Part shown: in pieces, positions 22,164 through 32,000 of the stretch
How the letters are laid out: the number at the start of each line of letters is the position of its first letter
Numbering within the stretch: the stretch's first letter is position 1
Assembly: GCF_000400465.1 (NCBI RefSeq)
Contig: NW_008806291.1
Span: forward strand, 60,001 to 92,000
Direction: 5' to 3'
Origin: Wallemia ichthyophaga EXF-994
Taxonomy: Eukaryota > Fungi > Basidiomycota
Length of the DNA stretch: 32,000 nucleotides
Notes under the pieces: model-generated
Database searches by the model: none
What the model was told of the DNA's origin: nothing
Seen by the model: the letters and a program-made list of their open reading frames with translations, nothing else
Program-made: the position numbers and the translations under genes

Positions 22164-24066
22164 CTAAAGTTTAGCAGGTGCTTTGTCTTGTTGTGCAGCC
22201 AGAGTACGCAGATGACGTCTAAGAATCTTCCCAGATGGTGATTTGGGAATAGCATCGATGGTTTTCACGCCGCCTCGGAGTTTAGAGTGATTTGCGACCT
22301 TACTAGCCACCCAATCTTCTACTTCTTTGCACCACTTATGATTATTGACATTGGAATCTTTCTGAGGTACTACATACGCTCTTGGTAGTTCAGTAGCCTG
22401 TTTGTCATCATAAACGCCAATGACAGCCACGTCTTTCACTTCCGGGTTTGATAGAAGCAGAGATTCAAGTGCAGCAGGTGGAACTTGGAAGCCCTTATAC
22501 TTGATAAGTTCCTGAATCTTTGTCAATTGTCAAAGCAAGTAAGGACCCAAAATTTACCTTCAATCTATCCACAATCTTAAATAGCTGAGTTTTTTTGTCA
22601 AAGATAGCAACATCACCGGTTTTGAAGAAGTCATCAGCTGTCATACATTCAGCAGTAGCCTCCGGTCTGTTTAAATAACCTTTCATCACTTGAGGACCTT
22701 TCACCCAAAGCCTATTCCATGTGAGATAAAGTTCTCAAATAAAGATAAGCAAACTTACTCCCCACTTGCCTTGTTGTCACCTGGTACATCCATCCCATTT
22801 TCGTCTACTATTCTTGCGCTGGTATTGGGAATCAACCTGCCAATGTATCCGCTATGTGACTTTGCGTATTCTAATGGAATCTTATGTGTGATAGGACTGG
22901 TTTCCGTGAGACCTGTGAGTGGTTAGTTTGGTGCTAGTTAGATGAGTTATTAAACAAACCATATCCTTGTGGGACTGTGATTACATCGTTGAACTTAGTA
23001 GACAACTTCTGTATAAGCTCTTCACCAACAGGAGCAGCACCAACTTGTAAGATTCTCAAGCTACTAAGATTGTACCGCTTGTCAATATCTGTGTTGGCTA
23101 TCAAGACCAAAATTGGTGGTACAATTGAACCGACTGAAACCTTGTACTTTTCAACAGCAGCCCCGAATACATCTGGATCAAAACGAGGCAAAAGAACGCT
23201 TTTGGCTTCGTGTGTCATGTAATAAAACATGGTGACTACCAATCCGACTGTAAAATGTTAGTAATGTAGTTAAGTTGATTCCAAAGCCAGCTCACAGATA
23301 TGATAAAAGGGCTGAAGATCTTTGTTCAGTCAGATCAGAGAAATTTTAGCCTACTCACCAATACAGATATCAAGACGTCGTTTTTCTGTATAACGTACGT
23401 TCTCATCGAATCTAATTGTCGTAAGTTTGCAATTATGTTGTAGTGCGTAGTCATAACGCCTTTAGATAAGCCAGTTGTACCACTACTATAACACATAACA
23501 GCAGTCTCGTGAGTGCTTTGGCCGTCAAATTTTTCAGGTATACCAAATTGACGGTCGGGGATGAATAATTGGGAGTAAGATAAACATCCGCTTGAATTTG
23601 AGTCAGTAGCAGAGATTAGTCTTTGATTAATTTTCGTCTCGGACCAGCCAATCTCACTGAGTATTTGTTTGGTGAGAGGGATGTTATCGGGATGAGCAAA
23701 AACAAGGGAAACATTGCTATCTTTTATTTGATGAGATAGCTCCAAGTGGTTGTAGGCGGGATTAGCGAGTGAGACTTTAGCGCCGGTGGCGGATGTGCCC
23801 AGCAATAGAACGGGATAAGCGATTGAGTTTGGACTGATGATCAAAACAGTGTCTTTTCTTTCAATGTTGAGAAATTTTCTCAAGCCATAAGCCAGCTCTA
23901 AAGACTTGGCTCTGAGCTGTGCATATGTCAATTTAATGCCGGTTGTTGCTTCAACAAAGGCGATCTTGTGGAGGTGATCCGTGGAAGGTGGTAGTAGGAA
24001 GTCGAACAAGCTGCATTGTGGGATATCGACGTCCGAATGAATAGACTTTATAATTCCAGTGGACAT
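22164..24066 (-). CDS. 4-coumarate-CoA ligase-like acyl-CoA synthetase with PTS1, multi-exon
   Basis: YSSGTTGLSKGV, PFYHIFG, QGYGLTETSP, KGPQVMKGY, FFKTGD, IKYKGFQVPPAALE, PKSPSGKILRR; C-terminus -AKL. Confidence 0.95.
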
Positions 24067-24133
24067 AGTTTGTAGTGATGATGGATGATGTTTACGGTTA
24101 CTCTATAGCCGGTGATTGATGATGTGATTTGCC

Positions 24134-24149
24134 TGATTCACGTGAATCA
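24134..24149. promoter_or_regulatory. Perfect 16-bp palindrome with an E-box core (TGATTCACGTGAATCA)
   Basis: Reads identically on both strands; lies 68 bp upstream of the ligase ATG, in a divergent promoter region. Confidence 0.55.
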
Positions 24150-24448
24150 TATATTCAACTCGAAAACTAACACCCGAGTCGAATAGCCGTCTTGATCGAG
24201 GCAGCTGCATTCACTGACGCAATCACCCCAGACCTTGGTATAATTATACACTGTACAATAAATTGTAAAATACTCTAATGAACGCTAGTATATTATTTAA
24301 ATATCTATTGCAAGTCATTTGAAATCATTTGAAATCATGTCTAGGTACTTCACCGACCTGAAATTCGCAGCAACCCGCAGCAGTAATTGAGTATTTCTGA
24401 CAATAAGAATGTTTTGTTATACAACCAACATCCTCAACGTAACTTATC

Positions 24449-25398
24449 ATGTCAAGATTATCTTATTCTCAATTGGAATTTGAACTCGAGCAAGGTACGG
24501 GTGACCAACAGCTCAAGCGTATTCAGGCAAAGTATGGAATAGCCGCGAAAAGGCAACTTTTGAATAGAGTTAGTAAAGTATTTCCATATTATCTAAACCT
24601 AATTTTAATTCAAAGGTTGCAAAACTTGAAACTGCGCATGCAATTGGCAAATCAAGTGCAGAATTAGATGCGCGAAGGACCGTGTTCAGACTTTCGCATG
24701 ATCAATTGGCGGGTATGATATCGCAAGGTGCAAAATGGGCTGAAATTGGCCGTGAAGCTGGCGTCAGGTCCACCTATGCTCAAGCGGTCTGGGCTTCTAT
24801 ACAGGATAATTATCCGGGAATTAAATATGCACATGGAAAAGGTCGTGGTAGGAATGGTCATCCAGTCACCGATCAAGATAAAAACTCGGTTCTTCTATTC
24901 AGACAAGGTCATATAACGCGTGCACAAGCGTATGAAAGTTTAACTGCATGTGGGAGAACTAGAGGTGGAGCTAAACAGATACTCAACAAGTATTCACACA
25001 GTAATCTCGATAATTTAACTGTGACGACACAAAGACCGCGTGCGCAGTCTAACGCATCCATTAGCTCAATTGAGACAAGCTACGATCAACAGCGAAGAGT
25101 ATTAACACCACCACTGTCATTGTCATCTAGCAACGGTTCATCATTGGATGGCTCGCCTGAATCTGGAAATGAGGCAAATACGGCGATTACGGGAAGTACA
25201 CCAAAATCACCAGTTACGCCAATTTCGCTGCCAATATCATCATTGCTACAGCCAGAAGGACAAGAGGGAGAGGATGAAGAGCCACCAAAGTTACGATCAG
25301 ATAGAACAGGATTGGGATTGAGATTAAGTGAAGGATACGGCTACTACTATACCAACAAGTTACCACCAATATCAGTGAATAGGATGTCTAATAAGTGA
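24449..25398 (+). CDS. Putative DNA-binding protein with a degenerate Myb/SANT-like helix-turn-helix (intron 24569-24615)
   Basis: A phase-0 intron joins ORF 24449 to ORF 24682. LAGMISQGAKWAEIGREAGVRSTYAQAVW resembles Myb helices 2-3. Ser/Pro-rich C-terminal half. Confidence 0.65.
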
Positions 25399-25440
25399 AC
25401 CTAACGATAAATTCATGTAATTTTAAGCGATAAATATAAA

Positions 25441-25796
25441 TTAAGAGCGATTGCGAAGACGTTCGTGGGCTTTGAGGTGTGAGAGGGTTAAAATATCGAA
25501 ACAAATGGCTTACAGTTGTAATTTAATAACTTTTCAATCAAATCAACGTGTGTGAGTACCATTCTACGACAGCAGTACCTCCTTAAACCGAGTTTGTCCA
25601 TAGCATCACCTTCTTGTACATCTGCTTGTAATAAATCAAGATAAGCTTCCCATTTATCACCGACGACCTGGATTTGTTAGAAATAAAGAGGATTGTGTGA
25701 TTAGTAGTGGATACCTTCCCACAACTGAAGCATCGAACCGGTCTAACGAAGGTAAATAAATAATGAATTTAGAATTCAAATTACTTACATGATCAT
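25441..25796 (-). CDS. RPB10: RNA polymerases I/II/III common subunit RPB10; four exons, missed by the ORF track
   Basis: Spliced [22 protein letters not shown]...[26 protein letters not shown]; Zn ligands CxxC and CC present. Confidence 0.97.
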
Positions 25797-25876
25797 AATT
25801 GGAATATAATTTTTGGTTTTTGGTGTTGGTGGTTGAAATTATCAAACGTTTTACTTGTACTTTCAACTCGATAAAA

Positions 25877-26221
25877 ATGTTTGTCTTTTAAACGAATTTA
25901 GAGGTATTTAAAGTTATATTAACTTATTAAAAGGTCTGGTGCTGCCTGGAGATCACACTTGTTAGTATTTCCACTTAGTCATACTTATCCATACTCACCA
26001 AATACAGCTCTTACAACCGCTTCGTTACTGTAGCTGCACGCGCTGTTCGTAACTCTCTCAACGAGAAAGAAAGATCTATCGCTGCTCGTCGTGGTGAAAC
26101 CGCTCTCAGATACACCGAATACGAGAATGGCGCTCCTTCTGGCTTCGTAAGTTGTTTTATACGTATTATATTGGTATTCTAACCACTACTATAGAAACCA
26201 GTCACTGAGGAATCAAAGTAG
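25877..26221 (+). CDS. ATP15: Mitochondrial F1 ATP synthase subunit epsilon; introns 25879-25933, 25961-26007, 26147-26194
   Basis: Spliced MSGAAWRSHFSYNRFVTVAARAVRNSLNEKERSIAARRGETALRYTEYENGAPSGFKPVTEESK*, matching the AWR / Y / AARAVR-x-L pattern of epsilon. Confidence 0.9.
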
Positions 26222-26277
26222 ATGAATTTAAATCTCCTTTATTAAAATACATACGTTGAATCAATTTATAGCTATGT

Positions 26278-26945
26278 CTAGCAACATCCACTCGTTTTAT
26301 TCGTAAATTGGTCTAACGATAACACTCCTTGGCTTGTACTGCTGCTTCCACGCGGCTTAAATGCTCCGTGATTGAGCTTTGCCAGTATCGCTTTGGCACT
26401 CTTATCAAATGCTTGATCCACATCTTGTCCCGATTTCGCACTAACTTCTAAAAACTGTAATTCCCTCTGTTCTGACCACTTTACCCCTTCCTCTACGCTC
26501 ACTTCCCGCTGATTCATATCTATGTCTGTCTTGTTCGCTACGACTAATACTGTCAAATTCTCGTCCGCGTTTCTCCTTATATCATCCAGCCACATATCTA
26601 GATTCTCAAAGCTTCTCCTGTTCCCCACTGAGTACACCAACAAGCATCCTGCCGCTCCACGAAAGTAAGATCGTGTTATTGATCTGAACTGCTCAGAGCC
26701 AGCCGTATCCCAGCACTGTACCTTTACCCTCTCCTTGTCATTTACTGATATTATTCTGCAGCCAAACTAAACTCTATAAGCACATAGTTTTACACTCGCT
26801 ATCTACCCACTTCAACACCTAGAGTCGTCATCGTATTCTTATCGAACTTGTCATCTGTAAAGCGCAACAGCAAGCACGACTTCCCAACACCCGCATCCCC
26901 AATTATACAATATTTCAATATGTACTTCCAGCCCAATTCATCCAT
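26278..26945 (-). CDS. Rab GTPase, Rab2/4/14-related (intron 26767-26810)
   Basis: G1 GDAGVGKS, LGVE|FG, G3 WDTAGSE, FRSITRSYFRGAAG, NKTD, EVSAK, C-terminal CC prenylation motif. Confidence 0.95.
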
Positions 26946-27023
26946 TGGTGTGAAACAACGTGGTTGTGCAGTTTGAACTTGACATAACCAAATATGAATT
27001 CTTTATCGGTTTTTCTTGTTACA

Positions 27024-27902
27024 TTATTCATCCGTTTTCACCGGTTGGTCCTGTTTTTAATCAGCATGTATATCTAAGCCTTGATATTTAGCTACGTCAC
27101 TCACCCTCAACATCAAAGTCAATCTTTGGTCTCTACCTTCACCTTGCAATATTGAGTGCTTGTATTCATATCTCAACTTTGATCTTTGCAAGTAGACGCT
27201 TCCACTTGGAAGATACGCTGTAAATTTGCCATACTTTTCATTTAAAAACTCTACTTGTCTGCATTCACCCAGACTCAGTCCCATTATCGTTGATCCCATA
27301 GCATCCTCATTATCAACATGCGCTTGAATAGATCCCTTTGGTGAAAGTTGAAGTATATGTGCCTGTAACCAATGTGGTATCGATAACTCATCATCCTGTA
27401 ATCTCTCGTTCTTAGGTGGCTTAGCTGCTTGATCTCTTGTATAATCTGTTGCATTGTCATACAAGCACTTGTATAGCCTTTCAAGTATCCCCTTAACTCC
27501 TTGCTCTGTCTCTGCGTTAGGTACCGTCATTGATCGTATATTTGCCTCTCTGTATCCAGTAATAACATTATCAAAATGGCTCGTTTCCCATCTGTACATA
27601 TCTGGATGACAAAATAGCTTCTGCAGATCACCTTCCTTGTACTGCTTGTAATGTTCCTCGAGCAAGCTAGGACTTCTCTTTGGCTTACCACAAACTCTGT
27701 CCAGTTTCTTTAGCATCTGCATAAGCATAGTTCTCTGCTCATCCCCGTTTAAGAAGCTTGGATATATGATCAAGTCCTCGCTATCTATCTTGCTAAGTGC
27801 AGTTTTATCTATATTGCTGAGATCGAATAATTTACTACTGCCTCCCTGACTAAGATTTAGCCTCTCCGCCTGACTCAATCTCGCTAGCGTTCTCTTGAAC
27901 AT
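27024..27902 (-). CDS. ALKBH7-like Fe(II)/2-oxoglutarate dioxygenase, probably mitochondrial (intron 27051-27104)
   Basis: Presequence MFKRTLARLSQ; HFDNVITGYRE, HILQL, HVD, GLSL, RYEYKHSI, RLTLMLR. Confidence 0.88.
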
Positions 27903-27986
27903 TTCGCAATGATGGTATTGACAAAACGAGATAAGATAATTATGCATATTTTACACTATACTTTCATTTCCATACACTAGACTCGA

Positions 27987-30228
27987 TTAATCTATTCTTC
28001 TGCTGTCTTTGTTCGTTGGTTGATAATAATCTCTTGCGCTACTTTTCCCTTTGCCTGCTGTCCCGCTAGAAAATAAGTGAAGTCCATCATCCATACTCGT
28101 GCTAGAGTCACCAGACATTGCGTAAATTGCCACTCCTAAACCTACAGCAATCAACACTATAATAATAAAAGTTCTGAATGGATGTTCAACTAGCGACTGC
28201 TTTGAGCGTTAGTAGACGATTATATTGCAGAAAAAAACATCAACTCACCTTGAATGATGTCAATCTCTTATGAAGAGTTTGAATTGTGTACTCAAAGGCG
28301 TTCTGTGATGACTTTGGTTGGAGTTGACCTTGATAAACACCCTCAAGTGCGCTGAAAATAGAAAGCCCATCTAACGTAGTAGTTTGACCATCAAAGTTCA
28401 TGTTATAGTACTCCAACCTGTTCGGATCTGCTATTATGACTTGTCTATGTTCCTTTCCTGAGTTGGACTCATGGGTATATCCATACATATTCCATAGCCA
28501 TCTATTGTATTTCTTTGCATCGACCCATGCGAATATTGTCGATGATCCAGGACCACCCTTTAAAACGCCATGCTCTGCCATCATATTTCTACCCCCTCTC
28601 ATCCATGCTTTTGCGATCTCAGCTAGTTTACTCTTGGATGACTCAAAATCATCTGAGTCAACTTCGAGAGGTAGGATGACCAGATACTGCTGAGTATCAG
28701 CGTTCAAAAGCTCATTGAAAACGGTTGATGCGTCTACAACTGTCGGGAAAGAATTGAATTTGAGCCAATCAGTAAGCTCCTTCACGCCCGCATGTGTTAC
28801 ATTGTCCTTCGCTTCATCATTCAGACTACCAAAGTCTGTCAATTTTACTTTTGATGCAGGTGTGTTCAAATCGTTATCTTTGAAAGCAAGGAATACGCTG
28901 CCATCATTGAGATTGAACCCGTATTTAGCAAATAATCTATCGTCTTTCGATCTGTATATTCTTGGTCCACCAATCAAGCCACTAATAGACTTGTCAAGAA
29001 TAACCTAAATTGTCGTTAACGAGATTGCATACCTTGAAGAGTGACTTACTTGATCATAGTTTGTAGAGCTCAAGGGTGAATGCAGAAAGAGGTAAAAGAT
29101 TTCCTCTTTGACACTTGATGTTTCAAACTGTTCACTTGTAATTTCAAGCATACCTCTTTAGTTTAGTTTAGTAGAGCCAATCAATCAAAACTTATACTCA
29201 CGGTTGAACCACCTTCTCAGCAAATTCTGTCAGCTTTTTCAAATTTCTACCGCCTTTGTAGACTTTTTTGTTGGTATCTGAGTACCTGAGACATTAGTTA
29301 GGTCGAGTAACCACGATGATTGAGATCAAAACAAACATTGTAAATGTAGGGTAGCTACTGACTTTCTCATTCTGGCATAGCTTGTGATGTTGTTCACAAT
29401 CAACTGATGCAATATTCAGTCTTCCCCTGAATTTTTCGGCGAGTTCTTCCCAAACCGGAGCGAGACGTTGCTAATATAGGTTAGCTTGGAAGTTTGTAAA
29501 TTTAAAGCAAAATAACTCACGCAATGAGGACACCTAGTAAATGAGACATTTAGCATTGCGTGCCGTAAAAAAGAGATACACACCAAGGAGCAAAGTATTT
29601 GATCCAGACGATCTTTCCATCGCCTTCATTGCCAACATAATTTTGAAAGTTGCTGTCAGAAAGCTGAGTAACCTCACCGTATGGGTTTGGTGGAGAGGAT
29701 TCTGAGTAGCTTGGCAAAGAGATGAGATGGGATTTAATGTAGTTTGCTAGGTCTTTGTAAGCATTACTACCAGCATGTAGCTCTGATAATACGCCATCCT
29801 TGAAGCTGTGAGAATTGAGAGGATTGGTAGAATGATAAAGGAAACGACTGACAAAGAGAGAGCAGGTGTAACTTTTACATCGTATTCTTTGCAAATGTCT
29901 ATTGGTACTAATTTAGCAGTGACCAATTGATTTAAGATCAAGTACCTTCCGAGGAATCGCAATCAACTTGACCAAAATGGACATCTTGCTCGAAATGAGC
30001 GATCAACTGATTCCAAGTTGATTCAAAAGCGATACAGTGACTGCAAGTTGGCGTATAATGTTCGATTAACCTGCAAATAAGCGTGAGTTTGAGCTCCTAT
30101 GACTGTAATGCCGCCAACCAAGTTCCCGATGATATCGATTGGTGGAAATTTGAAGAATCGAGTTGCGCTGATGTCGCAGCCAGAGCAATCGCAGCGAATG
30201 AAAATATTGCAGTAATTTTAAGCAACAT
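27987..30228 (-). CDS. ER membrane protein disulfide isomerase, Eps1-like (signal peptide, two active Trx domains, C-terminal TM helix), many exons
   Basis: Signal MLLKITAIFSFAAIALA; YTPTCSHC; KYFAPW|CPHC|QRLAPVWEELA; WLKFNSFP; TM segment FIISVLIAVGLGVAIYAM; ends SRRID*. Confidence 0.88.
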
Positions 30229-30302
30229 ATTGAAGTGGTTACAGACAACGTCGACGACGATCTTCTAGGCTATAACAAATAAAATAATAAAATAACAAAA
30301 AA

Positions 30303-32000
30303 ATGGATGATCTGCTTAAATCTTTGAACGCTCTTGGTGTAGATCCACCCACGGATTCTCAAATTCCAGATCTACTCAACCCAGAGGAACATGCAACGCT
30401 AGCTAAAGTTTTAGCAGGATCTGCAGATGATCTCATTCAAGGTGCTGTATTATCGTTGTTAGAGAATTACTTGAGATCGCTTAAGAAGATTGAAGATGAT
30501 CATAACGTGAGTGTTTTCTCCCAGAACACGCATTTCCTTATAAAAAATCCTTCAGAAATCTATTAATGCTCCAGTGAAGAACGTTAAGATTGTTCCTCGC
30601 AAAGCTCTTCTCATTCGTGGCGCTAAAGAGCGTGAAAGGGTTCTAAGGGATAGAGAAGCAGGCGTTGGTTTCATCAGACAGAGCCAAGTATTTGATAATA
30701 ACGTTATTCCTGCGTCTAAAACTCCAATTGAAGACTTGGAATACATGCAACTCAAAGACCTTCAATTCCCTCACAGACATTCCGGCAAGTTTGTGATTGT
30801 CAGAGTCATCAGCAATCCTAACACTTTGTTCGATTTACATGCAATTGTCGATGATAAGGAAGGAAATGGCATTCCTCTCACTTTATCTCACTACACACCT
30901 TCTCCTACTGCTCCATCCGATGCTATCTTGCCTTATGGCTCTACACTTTTGATAAAAGAACCATACGTTACCAAAAATGGTATATTCGTTCCAGCTAAAT
31001 CTGATACGCGCCTGTTGTCGGATTCAGACAATCTAATCAATGATGTCCAGTGGTTTTACCCTCTCGAGCAACCCTCTGATAATAAGGAAGTAGATCAACT
31101 GATGGCGCAAGCGAACAATGATGATAATGACTTATGGGACATTATACATGATCTCAATCAAGTGCTTTCTGTGAATCCTTTGTCATATGAGGCTAAAATT
31201 CGCCTCAGTGATGTCTACTTTGGTGTTCATAAACTTGGTTCTGCTTATAGAACTTCAGCTGAGGCGCTAAAACTCGCAAGAGATAATCAGCAAAAGAGCA
31301 GAGCATTTTTAAACCAAGCTAGGGCAGCTTATGATATGCGCTTGTTTAAAGAAGCAGAAAATTTAATTAAAGGAGTTCAAGATCCAGAATTGCAAGGAGA
31401 AGTGAGGAGAGTAAATGAATTAATTAAAAAGAGGCGACTGGAACGTGATGAAGGGGAATTTGACGTGACCGAGCTGTTCAAGGAAAAGCAACGTTATATT
31501 GCTCCAAGACTTGATGTCGCTGATTATATTGGTCCTATTGAAGTAAAGGATATAGATGGTAGAGGTAGAGGGGTCTTGGCTACGCAAGACGTCGAGCCTG
31601 GAACGTTGATGCTCGTAGGAAAGGCAGTAGGCACAGCATATCCATCTGACGCGGATAGAAGAAATTCTAAAGAGCACACGACAATAATGGAGCTTAACTA
31701 CTCTCACAAGACACTTCATGGTACCGCACAAGTGTTAGCTAGAACGCGTATAAGTCATGCCATAGAAGATATGCCATTCTTAGCTAAACGCGTGTTGGGA
31801 TTGTGCGGATCACCAACCGAGCCGCTTTTGACAGAGTATCTTAGAGAAGGATTTCCACTTACAGTTGATGAAGATGAAGCAGTAGAAATGCTCGACAAAG
31901 AAGGAAAATTACCTGTGATTGATGTTGATCCGAGAAGAGTTGGAAGTGTTTTAAAGTATAACGCATTCGGACATGCAAGTATAGCAGGTGCAGAGACACC
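30303..32000 (+). CDS. TPR plus SET domain protein (putative lysine methyltransferase), 5' part; intron 30507-30555
   Basis: The frame stays open to the edge: HRHSGKFVIVRV, LLIKEPY, TPR-like helices (KIRLSDVYFGVHKLGSAY, FLNQARAAYDMRLF), SET-N YIGPIEVKDIDGRGRGVLATQDVEPGTLMLVGKA, KYNAFG. Confidence 0.82.

Noticed and set aside
1-32000. Transposons, CRISPR arrays, rRNA or tRNA genes
   Set aside because: No transposase or RT motifs, terminal repeats, spaced repeats or RNA-gene signatures seen by eye; small ncRNAs cannot be excluded without Infernal or tRNAscan.

Overview
Gene-dense fungal DNA with 45-55 nt GT-AG introns, 74-160 bp intergenic gaps and acidic class I hydrophobins; most likely a Wallemia-like basidiomycete (inference from gene content and intron style, not a database match). 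In order: 5' part of a ferrichrome-type siderophore NRPS with a GATAA-rich promoter, two tandem hydrophobins, ARG7, a DHA1 MFS transporter, an atypical AA9 LPMO-like gene, a conserved unknown protein, KU70, a polyQ Ssr4-like protein, an unresolved gene, an NRAMP transporter, RPS4, TIM44, a 2.4 kb region with a probable cryptic multi-exon gene, a 10-Cys secreted protein, a peroxisomal 4CL-like ligase, a Myb-like protein, RPB10, ATP15, a Rab lacking the switch II Gln, ALKBH7, an Eps1-like PDI and the 5' part of a TPR-SET gene. RPB10 and ATP15 are absent from the ORF track. Exon structures were spliced by hand and no searches were run. Best leads: the possible NRPS-hydrophobin-ARG7-MFS cluster, the AA9 with a remodelled copper site, the secreted Cys-rich protein, and hydrophobin paralogs that share no intron position.
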